A stretch of DNA of 61,355 nucleotides, filler included, from 5 parts of 5 records of this genome joined end to end with filler, not necessarily neighbours in it; one strand, 5' to 3'; counted from the whole stretch's first letter, positions 30,215 to 41,507 are shown. Numbers and translations are program-made. Notes: generated from the letters alone by a model not told the origin.

Positions 30215-30817
30215 ATGGAAGAGTTTGATGTATTGATAATAGGAGGAGGGGTTTCAGGTCTCTCTTGTGCAATTACTTTAGGATCAGCAGAATCAAAAAT
30301 AGATATTGTTGCAAATAAAAAAGTATTAGTTTTAGATGCAGGTGAATCTCATTTGAATAAAGCCCAACTATTTAATGTAGCAGGTGTTCCAGAAGGAGCA
30401 AAAGGTAAAGATTTATTAAGTTATATGACTCAAAAATCAAACCTTTATAAAATAGTAGAAACTAGAAAAGACACAGTTACAAAAGTACTAGACAAAGATT
30501 CTGAACAAATAGTTCAAACAAAATCAGGAAAAGAGTATAAAGCTAAAATCATAGTATATGCAACAGGAATGCAAACAATTGATATTGAAGGAATTGGTTC
30601 TCAAGTTATAAAACATATAAGAGCACCAAGACCTGGAATGGTTATGATTGAAAATAGTAATGGAGTAATCTCAACTGGAAAATATGTTACTGGCTGTGCA
30701 GCTGGTGCAACTTCTATGTTCAGTTCTGCTGCAGGATATGGTGCTCAAACAGCTACAGATATATTAAGTCTTTGGGTAGGAAAATATACAGTTATACACG
30801 ATATAGATACAAAATAA
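30215..30817 (+). CDS. Short FAD-dependent oxidoreductase (thioredoxin-reductase-like)
   Basis: 'DVLIIGGGVSGLS', 'IVYATG'. Confidence 0.75.
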   Translation: MEEFDVLIIGGGVSGLSCAITLGSAESKIDIVANKKVLVLDAGESHLNKAQLFNVAGVPEGAKGKDLLSYMTQKSNLYKIVETRKDTVTKVLDKDSEQIVQTKSGKEYKAKIIVYATGMQTIDIEGIGSQVIKHIRAPRPGMVMIENSNGVISTGKYVTGCAAGATSMFSSAAGYGAQTATDILSLWVGKYTVIHDIDTK

Positions 30818-30829
30818 AAAAGGATAATT

Positions 30830-31491
30830 ATGTTAAAAAAGAATGTATTAATCACAGGTGGTGCAAGAGGAATTGGTGCTGCAACAGCAAAAAAATTAGG
30901 TAAAGACGGATATAAAGTATTTATTAACTATGTAAATAGTAAAGAGGTTGCTCAAGATTTAGCAAATGAGATTATAAAAGATGGTGGAGAAGCTTATACT
31001 ATTCAAGCAGATGTAAGAGATGATTCTCAAATAGAAGCTATGTTTGAAGTAATAAGTACAAATCATGGTGGAGTTGATATTTTAGTATCAAATGCAAATA
31101 TGAACTTTACTCCAAAACCTTTTGTTGAACAAACTTGGGAAGAGTTTTCTCAAAAATTAAATGATGAGTTACACGCTTCTTATGTTTGTGCAAAATATGC
31201 AACTAAATCTATGATTGAGAAAAAATTTGGAAGATTAGTATTTATTTCAAGTACTTTATCTGAAGATCCACTTCCAAACTTTATTGCTCACGGAAGTGCA
31301 AAAGGTGCATTAGACTCATTCAACAAATATCTTGCACAAGAATTAGGACCTCATGGAATCACTTCTAATGTTGTTGCTCCTGGATTAGTTTTAACAGATG
31401 CTACTGCTGGTGCTCCTGATGAGTTTATAGAATTTCTTAAATCAGTAACTCCAACAGGAAGAGTTGCAAATCCTGATGATATTGCAAATGC
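30830..31491 (+). CDS. SDR family oxidoreductase (3' truncated)
   Basis: 'TGGARGIG', 'DILVSNA', 'NVVAPG'. The catalytic motif reads HxxxK (HGSAK) instead of YxxxK. Confidence 0.88.
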
Positions 31492-31591
31492 NNNNNNNNN
31501 NNNNNNNNNNNNNNNNNNNNNNNNNNNNNNNNNNNTTAATTAATTAANNNNNNNNNNNNNNNNNNNNNNNNNNNNNNNNNNNNNNNNNNNN
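31492..31591. other. Artificial contig spacer
   Basis: N44-TTAATTAATTAA-N44. Confidence 0.98.
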
Positions 31592-31640
31592 ACATTTAAA
31601 AATAAATGGTTGCAATTTTTTGACTTATTTCTTACTGACG

Positions 31641-32273
31641 TTAATTTATATAGAAAAAGGTACCCAAACCGGTAGTAAAGACTATGTTCCCATATATAGC
31701 ATGTTCAATGCTGATTCCCAATAGTGACTTATGATTATTATAAACAATAGATAATATTACTCCAGCTATTAAGCTAAATGCTATTGCAACCCAATTTTCA
31801 AAAATGATATGCATAAAGGAAAATGCTATCGAACTTGCAATAATCATTGCTGTATTGGATTGAAAAATGGTTTTATATCTATTAAAAAAGAAAGTTCTAT
31901 AAATTAACTCCTGAGGTATTACAGACCAAACAGGATACATTAGCATTATAATAACCCATAGCCAGGTCATATTTGTTGGAAGATAAAAAAGGTATTCAGG
32001 TATAATTAGAAAAGTTGCTATCGTTAGAACAATTAAAACACCTATACTTCTTAATAGCATTGGGCGATAGCTTTTAAATTTATTCATTCCCAGTTCGCGC
32101 TTATCAAAACTCTTATCAGTGAGTAGTAATATTATGGCATATATTGCTCCAAAAATTAATGGTATTATTTTGTGAAAGGGGAAAATATCATACAAATAGG
32201 CTAATGGTGTACCAAAAAACAAGATGATGAGTTCAATGAATTTGAATGATTTTTTGTAGAAAACCTTTTTCAT
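31641..32273 (-). CDS. CPBP (CAAX/Abi) family intramembrane metalloprotease
   Basis: Multi-TM, 'QELIYRTFF', 'FSFMH', 'EHAIYGN'. Confidence 0.8.
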   Translation of the reverse strand: MKKVFYKKSFKFIELIILFFGTPLAYLYDIFPFHKIIPLIFGAIYAIILLLTDKSFDKRELGMNKFKSYRPMLLRSIGVLIVLTIATFLIIPEYLFYLPTNMTWLWVIIMLMYPVWSVIPQELIYRTFFFNRYKTIFQSNTAMIIASSIAFSFMHIIFENWVAIAFSLIAGVILSIVYNNHKSLLGISIEHAIYGNIVFTTGLGTFFYIN

Positions 32274-32306
32274 TTGCGTGAAATAGTATTTAGTGGGTAG
32301 TTGAAA

Positions 32307-35300
32307 TTATTCCGCTTTTTCAAGCAAAGCTTCAATCTTATTGAGAAGAACCTTTTTGTTTACAGGTTTTGAGACATAATCATTGCACCCGGCATCAAGG
32401 CTTTTTTGTTTATCTTCTACCATAGCATTGGCTGTTTGGGCCAATATTGGAATGTCTTTATTAAATTCTCTGATGGCCCGTGTGGCATCATAGCCATTCA
32501 TCACTGGCATCATAATATCCATTAGTACAATGTCGGCTTTTTGGCTTTTCACAAATGTAACAGCTTCTTCTCCATTGACTACGTGGTGTAGTTTGGCATT
32601 GGTCTTTTTCAATAATTGTTCAAGGAAAAGGTAGTTGTTAAGGTCATCTTCAACGATAAGTACTTCATATTTGCTCCAGTCAGGATACATTACTCTTCGG
32701 TCAGCTATTTTAAAAGCATCTTTGTTGGTCGTTTTTACTGGTACCATTGGTATTGTGAAAAAGAATTCTGATCCTTTATCGATATCTGACTTTACAGCAA
32801 TTTTACCACCTAATAATTCCACTAGTGCTTTGGCAATTGTAAGGCCCAGGCCCGTTCCACCATAACTTTTTGTACCATCTGAATTTACCTGGTAAAAACG
32901 GTCAAATATTTTTTGTTGTTCTTCAACTGAAATACCAATTCCGGTATCTTTTACATAAAAACGAAGGTGGTTGTTTACTTTTTCAACTCCAATTTCAATA
33001 TATCCTTCTTTAGTAAAACGGATGGCATTATAAAGTAAGTTTGATAAAATATGTTGAACTTGCTTTTCTGCTATTAAAACCTTATCGTAAACTTCCCCAA
33101 CTTTATTCTTTAATCGCAATGAAACTTTATCATTTCTATTCATTAAATACCCATGAAAGAATACCATCAGGTTGTTGAACAATTGCTCGAGGGAAACTTC
33201 TGATTCAACAATTTTCACTTCACCTGATTCAATGCGAGATATATTTACAATATCGTCTATAATATTTAATAATTGGTTTGAAGCGTTGATGATGAAATCA
33301 ATGTAACTGTTCCTCTCTTTATCACTCATTTCCTCGTTTTTAATGAGCTCTGAGAAACCTAATATTCCATTCATTGGTGTGCGAATTTCATGACTTAGAT
33401 TTTGCAGGAAATTAGACTTTAGATTATCTGCTTCAATAGCTTTTTCCTTAGCTTTGACTAATTCTTCTTCATATTTACGTCTTTCGCTTACATCTATCAG
33501 TATAGCTCTGATTTTTTGAGGAATATCGTTTACATAAACTACTTTCACGCTAATAATTATTCTAAACTGTTTGCCTGTTCTGGAGCGAACATTGTATTCT
33601 CTGGAAGAATGCGTTTTTTTCTCTTCGGTGAATTCTTTGAATCGTTCAATGATTAAATCTTTATCATCAGGGGAAAGCAAATCAAATACAGAGAAATTGG
33701 TAGCAATTTCTTCTTTAGGAAATTCAAATTTTTCCAGTGCGAGTTGATTGGCATAAATAATTCTTCCTTCTAAATCAGTTTCGACAAGCATTTCTGGGAG
33801 CTGGTCAGCCAATTCCTCAAATTGTTTTTTACTGGTTTTAGCATCCTGTATTGCCTTAAGATGTGAGGAAATGTCCTCTATGGTTACAAATACGCCTTTA
33901 GTATTGAGCTCATCTAAGTTAAAGAAACTGAAGTGCGCTTTAATGAATATTGTTTTTTCATTTTCCTTAAAGGTTATTTCACCTTCGTAATATTGATTTT
34001 CACCTTTTAATGCCAGTTCAATTTTTTTGATAAAAGCTGTCTCATGAATAAGTTCAGCTAATGGTTTTGCTTCAATTATTTTTAATTCAGTATTGGCAAT
34101 TTTTAGAAATGCTTTATTGGCAAGTTGTATTTTACCGTCATAAAACAATGATACAATAGCCATTGGTGAGTTGTGGAAAATATTTGCAAATCGACTGCTT
34201 AGTTCAATACTCTCATTTTGTAGTCTTTTTCTTTCATTTATTTCTCTAACAAGTGATTTGGTTCTGTATTCAACCTCTTTTCGTAATCGGTTGTTATGTC
34301 GTGCTCTAAGAGAGTACCTGTTGATAAGTAGAATTATGATGATAATTGTTAATAAAGCAAGAAATATTAATAAGTTGATGCGGTTTCGGTTTTTGGTTGC
34401 TTCAATCTCATTTAGCGTTTTAAGATTTTTAATCTTTAATTCGTGTTCTTTTGCATCATACTGGTATTCAAGTTTTTCTATTTGTGCTGAAGTGTGTTTT
34501 TTGTTAATAGTGTCTTTAAGTTTGTTTACAAGTTCACTATACTTTAATGCTTCCTGGTAGTTTTTGTCGGTTTTATATACTTCGCTCAACTTCTCTGCAA
34601 CTGTCAATTGTAGGTTATAATGCTTGATTTTTATGGCATTGTTATAAGCGTTTGTATACCATTTAAGAGCTTGTTTTTCTTCTCCTGTTTTAAAGAAAAT
34701 GTCACCAAGATTGAGCAGAATAACAGGCTTTTGGCTTATAAATTCCAGAGAATCAGCAATATTTAGAGCCTTATTTAGGTAATATATCGCCTGGCTTAGC
34801 GAATCCAATCTGATATACACTGCAGCCACATTATTATATCCACTTATTAATGAATTGTAATTTTTAGATTTTTTTCTAATATCAACACTTTTTTGAAAAA
34901 AGTCCATAGCTAAGGAATCATCCTCTAATTCATAATAAACCTGACCAAGATTATTATAGTTAGAAGCAATGCTTTCATTTTCACCAATTTTCTTTCTGAT
35001 AATAAGTGACTTATTTAGTATTTCAAGGGCTTTTTCGTACTTGCTTTGTCTTGTGTAAATAACTCCTAGATTGTTGAGTGTTTTTGCAATGCCACTGGAG
35101 TCTTTTATTTTTTCATACAGGTGAAGCAACCTTAAACCATAATCGAGTGATTGTGCAATATTATTGATGTAATAATATGCTTCACCTAGTGTATTTAGTG
35201 CTTCAATTTGGATAGATGTGTCATTGGGATAATCAGAGGCTAGTTTTTTAACTTTTTTTGCATATTCTAATCCAAGGCCGGGATTTCTTTTCCAGTAATA

Positions 35301-35453
35301 TTTTGAAATTTCTCTGTTAACCTTGATCTGTTCTTTTCCTTCAGCTGTTTCAGCTATTTTTAAAAGGCTATCTATATTTTGCGCAGATAACTGAATTGTA
35401 CCTGTTAGTACAAAAAGACAAATTAGAACTAATATGCGATTAACTAGAAGCAT
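32307..35453 (-). CDS. Hybrid sensor histidine kinase (TPR-TM-PAS-PAS-HisKA-HATPase-REC)
   Basis: TPR repeats, 'SHEIRTPMNGI', 'DTGIG', 'GGTGLGL', receiver 'LMDIMMP.MNG'. Confidence 0.93.
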   Translation of the reverse strand: MLLVNRILVLICLFVLTGTIQLSAQNIDSLLKIAETAEGKEQIKVNREISKYYWKRNPGLGLEYAKKVKKLASDYPNDTSIQIEALNTLGEAYYYINNIAQSLDYGLRLLHLYEKIKDSSGIAKTLNNLGVIYTRQSKYEKALEILNKSLIIRKKIGENESIASNYNNLGQVYYELEDDSLAMDFFQKSVDIRKKSKNYNSLISGYNNVAAVYIRLDSLSQAIYYLNKALNIADSLEFISQKPVILLNLGDIFFKTGEEKQALKWYTNAYNNAIKIKHYNLQLTVAEKLSEVYKTDKNYQEALKYSELVNKLKDTINKKHTSAQIEKLEYQYDAKEHELKIKNLKTLNEIEATKNRNRINLLIFLALLTIIIIILLINRYSLRARHNNRLRKEVEYRTKSLVREINERKRLQNESIELSSRFANIFHNSPMAIVSLFYDGKIQLANKAFLKIANTELKIIEAKPLAELIHETAFIKKIELALKGENQYYEGEITFKENEKTIFIKAHFSFFNLDELNTKGVFVTIEDISSHLKAIQDAKTSKKQFEELADQLPEMLVETDLEGRIIYANQLALEKFEFPKEEIATNFSVFDLLSPDDKDLIIERFKEFTEEKKTHSSREYNVRSRTGKQFRIIISVKVVYVNDIPQKIRAILIDVSERRKYEEELVKAKEKAIEADNLKSNFLQNLSHEIRTPMNGILGFSELIKNEEMSDKERNSYIDFIINASNQLLNIIDDIVNISRIESGEVKIVESEVSLEQLFNNLMVFFHGYLMNRNDKVSLRLKNKVGEVYDKVLIAEKQVQHILSNLLYNAIRFTKEGYIEIGVEKVNNHLRFYVKDTGIGISVEEQQKIFDRFYQVNSDGTKSYGGTGLGLTIAKALVELLGGKIAVKSDIDKGSEFFFTIPMVPVKTTNKDAFKIADRRVMYPDWSKYEVLIVEDDLNNYLFLEQLLKKTNAKLHHVVNGEEAVTFVKSQKADIVLMDIMMPVMNGYDATRAIREFNKDIPILAQTANAMVEDKQKSLDAGCNDYVSKPVNKKVLLNKIEALLEKAE

Positions 35454-35483
35454 GCCTATAAAAATATCCTTTTTTATTGGTAA

Positions 35484-37181
35484 TTAAAAATTTGTAATTT
35501 CTTTTTCTTGAGCATCTTTAACCCATTTTTCAGGTAAAATTTTCCAATTCTTGGTGTTTTGTATAGTTATTTTTCCTTTTTCCTTAACAAATTGCATAAT
35601 TATACTTTTGATGGGTTGGTCAGATAATGACACTTTTCGTTTACCTAAGTCATCACGATGTATATTAACTCCCTGAGGTAAATGACCTCCTCCTCCAACC
35701 ATTCTATAAGAGTTAATCGCTACTTTAAGGGTATCTTTAGAATTAAATTCCTTTTTAGAGTTAACGGCTGTTACTGTTATTTTTTGCCCAATAGGAGCAG
35801 TTACATCAACTGTATAGTCAATTCCTTCAGCGGTGCTGAAATTATAATATGGATGTGCTAATCGATTGTTTTCTTTATATTGTAAAAGGGGATCTGTTGG
35901 TTTCTTCATAGTGTTAAACCAACCCTTGATAGCATATTCCAGATAGGCATCTATTTCTTCCACAGTCATGTTTAAAGTGGCTAAATAGTTTTCATAGCGG
36001 TAAAGTGCAAATACATCTTTACGATAAATTTTTCCCTTTTTAATGCAATAACTTAGTTGCAGAGGTGCTGTTAGAGAAACATCTGCTTTAGTTTCATATA
36101 ATTGAACTTCATGAATAAACTGCATAAAGGCAGATGGCCCGAATAAAGATTCTTGAGGACATAATTGTGTTTCTAGTTCTCCTATGGTTTTATTGAAATA
36201 TGTTTTAACTTTTCCAATGTATGATTCAAATTTTGAATTGAAAGCTTTATTAGATGGCAGGTGTTGAAGATTATCAATTGTACCAGAGATGTATTCAATT
36301 TCTGCTTTATCATGATTAAATATTAGTTTGACATGTCCTACAAATCTACCATGACTACCTCCGTTTACAATTAGCACTGAATCCCCTGAATTAGAGGCAA
36401 CCTTCATAACCTTTTTATGATGATCATGGCCGGCAAAAATGATATCAAATCCCTTAACTTCTTTTGCCACGTTTAATGTCGCATTTGGATTTAGAGGATC
36501 ATTGTTGCTATGTCCTCCATATTCTGCATTTAAACCAGCATGGAACAAACCAATGATAATATTCGGGTTTTCTTTTTGAACTTCAGGCATCCATTTTTTT
36601 GCAGAAGCCACCATTCCTTCAAAATGTAACCCTTCATAAAGCTTTTTAGGCAGCCAATTGGGAATACCAGGTGTTGTGATACCCAATATTGCAATTTTGA
36701 CCCCATCTCTTTCAATGATATAATAGGGTTTAAAAGCGGGCTTTCCTGATTGCTCATCAACAACGTTTGCTCCTAACCAGGGTATTGGTAACTCATTCAA
36801 AATCTTGTTGTATACTTTTGGTCCTGCTTCAATATCGTGGTTTCCAACAGTGGCTGCATCATAATTAAGCTCTTTAAGTACTTCTACCATTAAATTAGTT
36901 GATGAAGTATCAATATAATTACTATAATAAACAGCTGGATCACCCTGAATGATATCTCCATTATCTAATAAGACTACATTTTTTTGCACATTACGAATGG
37001 AATCCATGTATGTTGCAAACTGCGATAACGATCCTGTTCTTGAAGTATCTCGTATAAAATCATAATTAAAAAATCGACCATGTACATCTGTAGTTTCTAT
37101 GATGTGAATTTCAACTTTGCCTTTTTGGCAGCTTGAAAAAAGCGCTGAAAGTATTGCTATTACTATGAAAAGTCTTTTCAT
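35484..37181 (-). CDS. Bifunctional metallophosphatase/5'-nucleotidase (CpdB-like lipoprotein)
   Basis: Lipobox SSC, 'TTDVHG', 'DNGD', 'GNHD', 'GHDH'. Confidence 0.9.
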   Translation of the reverse strand: MKRLFIVIAILSALFSSCQKGKVEIHIIETTDVHGRFFNYDFIRDTSRTGSLSQFATYMDSIRNVQKNVVLLDNGDIIQGDPAVYYSNYIDTSSTNLMVEVLKELNYDAATVGNHDIEAGPKVYNKILNELPIPWLGANVVDEQSGKPAFKPYYIIERDGVKIAILGITTPGIPNWLPKKLYEGLHFEGMVASAKKWMPEVQKENPNIIIGLFHAGLNAEYGGHSNNDPLNPNATLNVAKEVKGFDIIFAGHDHHKKVMKVASNSGDSVLIVNGGSHGRFVGHVKLIFNHDKAEIEYISGTIDNLQHLPSNKAFNSKFESYIGKVKTYFNKTIGELETQLCPQESLFGPSAFMQFIHEVQLYETKADVSLTAPLQLSYCIKKGKIYRKDVFALYRYENYLATLNMTVEEIDAYLEYAIKGWFNTMKKPTDPLLQYKENNRLAHPYYNFSTAEGIDYTVDVTAPIGQKITVTAVNSKKEFNSKDTLKVAINSYRMVGGGGHLPQGVNIHRDDLGKRKVSLSDQPIKSIIMQFVKEKGKITIQNTKNWKILPEKWVKDAQEKEITNF

Positions 37182-37282
37182 TTGGTGAAAATCTATTTTG
37201 GAGTTCTTTTTGTTTACTTAAAATTGCATGAATTTATTAATTTTTGCAATACAATTTTATTAAAAAACATATTGATAACATT

Positions 37283-37489
37283 ATGAGTAGAAGATTATAT
37301 CGGTCAGATGATCAAATGGTAGCCGGAGTTTGTGCCGGGATTGCTGAATATTTCGGCTGGGATAAAGGAGTTGTAAGACTTGTTTATTTGCTTCTTAGTA
37401 TATTTAGTGCAGCATTTCCAGGATTGCTTGTATACATCATTCTTTGGATTGTTATGCCCGAAAATAAAGGAAGAACAATTTATATGTAA
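37283..37489 (+). CDS. PspC domain protein
   Basis: 'RLYRS.D.MVAGVCAGIAEYFG', 'YIILWIVMP'. Start at ATG 37283. Confidence 0.9.
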   Translation: MSRRLYRSDDQMVAGVCAGIAEYFGWDKGVVRLVYLLLSIFSAAFPGLLVYIILWIVMPENKGRTIYM

Positions 37490-37492
37490 TCG

Positions 37493-39943
37493 TTATTTAA
37501 ACTGAACAACCGTTATCCCTGCACCACCAAACTCAATGTGCTCATCTTTAAAAACTGCGATCTCAGGAATAGTGCTTAAATATTCTCTAATTGCTTTTCT
37601 TAAGATACCATTGCCTTTTCCGTGTAGTATTTTTACTTCGTTGACTCCAAGCATAATTGCTTCATCAATGTAGTCTGTGATTTGCTGCAGAGCATCATCT
37701 ACATATTTACCACGTAAATCAATTCCAGGTTTAAATGATTGCTGCTTTTGCAACATTTTTGATGCGGCAGAATCAGCGCTTTTTTGCTGTTTTTTGCGGG
37801 CTTTTTTACTGGAGGATTCTAGTTTATCATTAGCTACAGACGTCATGAATGAACCAAAAGCTACTACTGCATTCTTGTCATTTATTTCAACAATCTCACC
37901 GATTGATTCCTGTCCTTTTATTCTTACTGCGTCACCAATCTCAAGTTTAGATTCTTCCTTTTGTTTTATTGATTCTTTTTCAATTTGAACCTGATGCTTT
38001 TGTGATACTTTTTTTAACCCTTTTATGCGTTTTTCAAGGCGGTTTTCCTGTTTAGTGTTTTTGGTTATAGCTTCTTTTTCTTTTTCAAGTAACTCTCTGG
38101 CAGCTTTTGTTTTTTCTTTATCAGCCTGCGTTTCACGTATTTCTCGTATTGTGTTTTCAATCAGTTTGTTGGACTTATTAAGTGTTTCTTCTGCTTCTTT
38201 GCGAGCTTCTGTTACAATTTCGTCTCTGATTTTCTTTGTTTTTTCCAGTTCTTGAGACTGCTGAGATAATATGCGTTCTAATTCCTTCTCCTGTTTCTTG
38301 ATTTGTGTTCTTTTTTCTTCGTAATACTTTTTATCGCGCATGATTTCACGCAGGTGCTTATCAAAATTAGCCTGATCTGTTCCTGCTCTTTTTCTGGCGT
38401 CTTCAATTACATCAACAGGTAGACCTGCTTTGTGCGATATTTCAATGGCGAATGAACTGCCTGGTTTTCCAATTTCAAGTTTATAAACCGGTTCAATTTT
38501 GCCTGAATCAAAAAGCATTGCTCCATTTACTAATCCTTCACTATTGGCTGCAAAGTGTTTTAAATTGCTATAATGCGTCGTAATTACTCCATAAAGTCCT
38601 AATTGTCTGAATTTTTCAAGTACAGCTTCTGCTATAGCACCTCCAATTAATGGTTCTGTGCCACTTCCAAATTCATCGACTAAAATAAGGGTATGCGCAT
38701 CTGCTTTTTTAAGCATATGCTTCATGTGCATTAAATGGGAGCTATATGTACTTAGGTCATTATCAATAGATTGGTCGTCACCTATGTCGATATGTATTTG
38801 TTTGAATATCCCTGCTGCAGAATCTTGTGAAACCGGTAGCAATAATCCACATTGTAGCATATACTGTAAAATACCGGCAGTTTTCATAGCAACAGACTTT
38901 CCACCTGCATTCGGTCCTGAAATTAGCAAAATTCTTTGCTCTTCATTCAGCAATAGGTCATTGGGCACAACTAATCTTGTGGTATTTTTGAATGCCATTT
39001 GCAGCAATGGGTTAATGGCTTTTGTGAAAGTCATTCCGGGTTTGTTGTCAACCGGAATTTTTATAGCATTCATACTTTCAGCCAATGTGGCTTTAGCTCT
39101 AATGAAATCAAATACAGCTAGTTTATCATAAAAAGAAATAAGATCAGGTATGTAAGGACGCAAATCATCTGCAAGTTCTTTAAGAATTTTTACAATTTCT
39201 CTTTTTTCCCTGTATTCAGCATCTCTAATTTCATTATTTATTTCAATAATGGGTTGGGGTTCAATATATACGGTTTTGCCCGATGCTGATTCATCATGAA
39301 TTATACCTTTTATTTTCCTTCTATATGTACTTTTAATAGGTAGCATTAATCGTCCATCACGTACTACAACTTGCGATTCATCATCGGTATATCCATTTTT
39401 TAGGGCATCTTTTAATATGGCTGTCATTAGTTTTGAGACCCTTCCTTTTTCTTTGTCAAGGAATTGCCTAATATCAGCTAATTCAGGCGTAGCATTATCT
39501 TTAATGCGACCATTAGAAGTAATTATTCGATCAATTCGTTCAAAGAGGTAAGGGAAAATCTGAAAAGATGCTGCCAGCTTAGTCAATTCAGGATATTTTT
39601 CTTTTAGTTCGCCAGTAAACCATTTATTGATGGCTTTCATGGTTTGAAGTGATTTACGTAATCTGACTACCTCCGGCACTTCTGGAAACATTCCTTCTGG
39701 TTTAAGTCGCAGAAGCATTGGACGAAGGTCGTGGTAATTATCTACCGGAAAATCTTTTTCTTCATTGAAAAGACTTTTGTATTCATGAGTTTGCGCCAAC
39801 CATAATTTGATGTTATTAGCATTGTTGCTAAAACGCATATGATCTACGAGTTCTTTCCCAAGCTCACTTAGACAATATGATTTTAGTTTTTCTCTAATAC
39901 TTTCAAAACCTAATTTTTCTTCTATGTTCTCCGGATAATTCAC
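37493..39943 (-). CDS. mutS2: Endonuclease MutS2
   Basis: 'ISGPNAGGKS', 'DEFGSGT', 'TTHY', C-terminal Smr 'HGKGNGILR'. Confidence 0.93.
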   Translation of the reverse strand: MNYPENIEEKLGFESIREKLKSYCLSELGKELVDHMRFSNNANNIKLWLAQTHEYKSLFNEEKDFPVDNYHDLRPMLLRLKPEGMFPEVPEVVRLRKSLQTMKAINKWFTGELKEKYPELTKLAASFQIFPYLFERIDRIITSNGRIKDNATPELADIRQFLDKEKGRVSKLMTAILKDALKNGYTDDESQVVVRDGRLMLPIKSTYRRKIKGIIHDESASGKTVYIEPQPIIEINNEIRDAEYREKREIVKILKELADDLRPYIPDLISFYDKLAVFDFIRAKATLAESMNAIKIPVDNKPGMTFTKAINPLLQMAFKNTTRLVVPNDLLLNEEQRILLISGPNAGGKSVAMKTAGILQYMLQCGLLLPVSQDSAAGIFKQIHIDIGDDQSIDNDLSTYSSHLMHMKHMLKKADAHTLILVDEFGSGTEPLIGGAIAEAVLEKFRQLGLYGVITTHYSNLKHFAANSEGLVNGAMLFDSGKIEPVYKLEIGKPGSSFAIEISHKAGLPVDVIEDARKRAGTDQANFDKHLREIMRDKKYYEEKRTQIKKQEKELERILSQQSQELEKTKKIRDEIVTEARKEAEETLNKSNKLIENTIREIRETQADKEKTKAARELLEKEKEAITKNTKQENRLEKRIKGLKKVSQKHQVQIEKESIKQKEESKLEIGDAVRIKGQESIGEIVEINDKNAVVAFGSFMTSVANDKLESSSKKARKKQQKSADSAASKMLQKQQSFKPGIDLRGKYVDDALQQITDYIDEAIMLGVNEVKILHGKGNGILRKAIREYLSTIPEIAVFKDEHIEFGGAGITVVQFK

Positions 39944-39981
39944 TTTAAACTCTTTAATAATTTTTTTATGCTAAAGCTGTG

Positions 39982-39989
39982 CAAATGTA
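39982..39989 (-). promoter_or_regulatory. Bacteroidota -7 promoter box upstream of mutS2
   Basis: Minus-strand TACATTTG matches TAnnTTTG. Confidence 0.6.
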
Positions 39990-40104
39990 TCAAAAATGTA
40001 AAATAAAAAAATCACAAATACCAATAGACAAATTCCAGATATCGAAAAAAGGATTGCCTGGTATCCGTTAGTCCTTTTCCTTATGCTAATAGCTAACAAC
40101 AAAT

Positions 40105-40881
40105 TTACATATACCCCATCAATTTATAATAGACTATTCCAAACCATTCATGCCACAATATATCCCATTGATGCATGGCATCTTTTGAAGGCCAAAATAG
40201 ATTGCCAATGTCAGTTTTTACAGCTGGCACATAAAAATCAACGGGTAGGGGTGAAACTGCAATTCCTTGTTTTTCAAAACATGCCAGACTTCTATGCATA
40301 TGATATGCTGAAGTAATGAGTAATATTTTTTTGCTTTGAAGATTACGCTTTTTGAGTAGTTCGGAAGTGTACAAAGCATTTTCGTGCGTATTTCTGGCTT
40401 TGGATTCCATAATGATTGCACTGTCGGGAATATTCATTTGTGTTAAAAACCGGAAGAGTATCTCTGACTCTGGCGGCTGATCATAATGAACAGAAGCATT
40501 ACCACCTGTGATTAATATATGCTTGATTACTCCTTTATGATATAACCTTGCAGCTTCTAAGATTCGATCAACACTTTGACCGAAGTTGGCTTGCTGAGGG
40601 TTCTCACCATAAGCTACCATGCCACTGAGCACTATAGCGATATCGTATGTTTCAGTATTGTCGATAGCGCAGTTTTTGAAATCTTTTTCCCAATGATAAA
40701 ATATAGTATTAGCAATAAAAGGATTTGTAATAAATGTTGTAAAAAGTACTGTGGCAATAAGTATTTTAATGGCAATTTTTGATTTTCTTATCGTAAAAAT
40801 CGCACTAAGCACTATCCCGATAATAATCCAGATTATGGGTGATAGAAATAAATCGATTAGTTTAGAGAAAAGGTAATACAT
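40105..40881 (-). CDS. YdcF/ElyC (DUF218) family protein
   Basis: 'ILITGG', 'ARNTHENA', 'LITSAYHMHRS', 'HEWFG'. Confidence 0.9.
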   Translation of the reverse strand: MYYLFSKLIDLFLSPIIWIIIGIVLSAIFTIRKSKIAIKILIATVLFTTFITNPFIANTIFYHWEKDFKNCAIDNTETYDIAIVLSGMVAYGENPQQANFGQSVDRILEAARLYHKGVIKHILITGGNASVHYDQPPESEILFRFLTQMNIPDSAIIMESKARNTHENALYTSELLKKRNLQSKKILLITSAYHMHRSLACFEKQGIAVSPLPVDFYVPAVKTDIGNLFWPSKDAMHQWDILWHEWFGIVYYKLMGYM

Positions 40882-41504
40882 TAGCGTGTAATGTAAACGA
40901 CTTTTTTAGTTTCAAAAAATGAATGGTCAAAATAGTCTGTGATGTCAAAGGCATCCACATGCATAAAATCCAGTTCATCTATTTCTTCCTGGAAATCGCC
41001 ACCTTTAAGGTAAATAATTCCATTTGGCAGTGCGTTTTGTTGCTCTTTGGCAAGTAATTTCATGGTTAGTTTTACAAATTTTGGAAGTTGCATGACAGCC
41101 CGGGAAACAATAAAATCAAATCGTTCTTTCAATTTTTCTGCTCTAATTTGCTGTACTTTGACATTCTCAAGACCTAAAGATTCGGCAATGCTTCCAGCTA
41201 CTTTCATTTTTTTACCAATTGAGTCTACAAGTTTGAATTGGCATTCTGGTTGTATTATAGCTAATGGAATTCCAGGGAAGCCGCCCCCTGATCCCACGTC
41301 TAAAATACGGCTACCGGATTTAAACTGTAAGAATTTGTAAATGGCTAGTGAATGTAATACATGTCTTACATAAAGGTGCTCTATATCTTTTCTGGAGACT
41401 ACATTTATTTTGGAATTCCAATCCAGATATAAGTCGTATAATTGTTCAAATTTCTTTTGCTTATCAGCATCAAGATTTGGGAAATAGCGAAGAATTTCTT
41501 CCAT
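40881..41504 (-). CDS. rsmG: 16S rRNA m7G527 methyltransferase
   Basis: 'WNSKINVVSR', 'HVLHSL', 'LDVGSGGGFPGIPLAI', 'SRAV'. Confidence 0.95.
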   Translation of the reverse strand: MEEILRYFPNLDADKQKKFEQLYDLYLDWNSKINVVSRKDIEHLYVRHVLHSLAIYKFLQFKSGSRILDVGSGGGFPGIPLAIIQPECQFKLVDSIGKKMKVAGSIAESLGLENVKVQQIRAEKLKERFDFIVSRAVMQLPKFVKLTMKLLAKEQQNALPNGIIYLKGGDFQEEIDELDFMHVDAFDITDYFDHSFFETKKVVYITR

Positions 41505-41507
41505 TCA

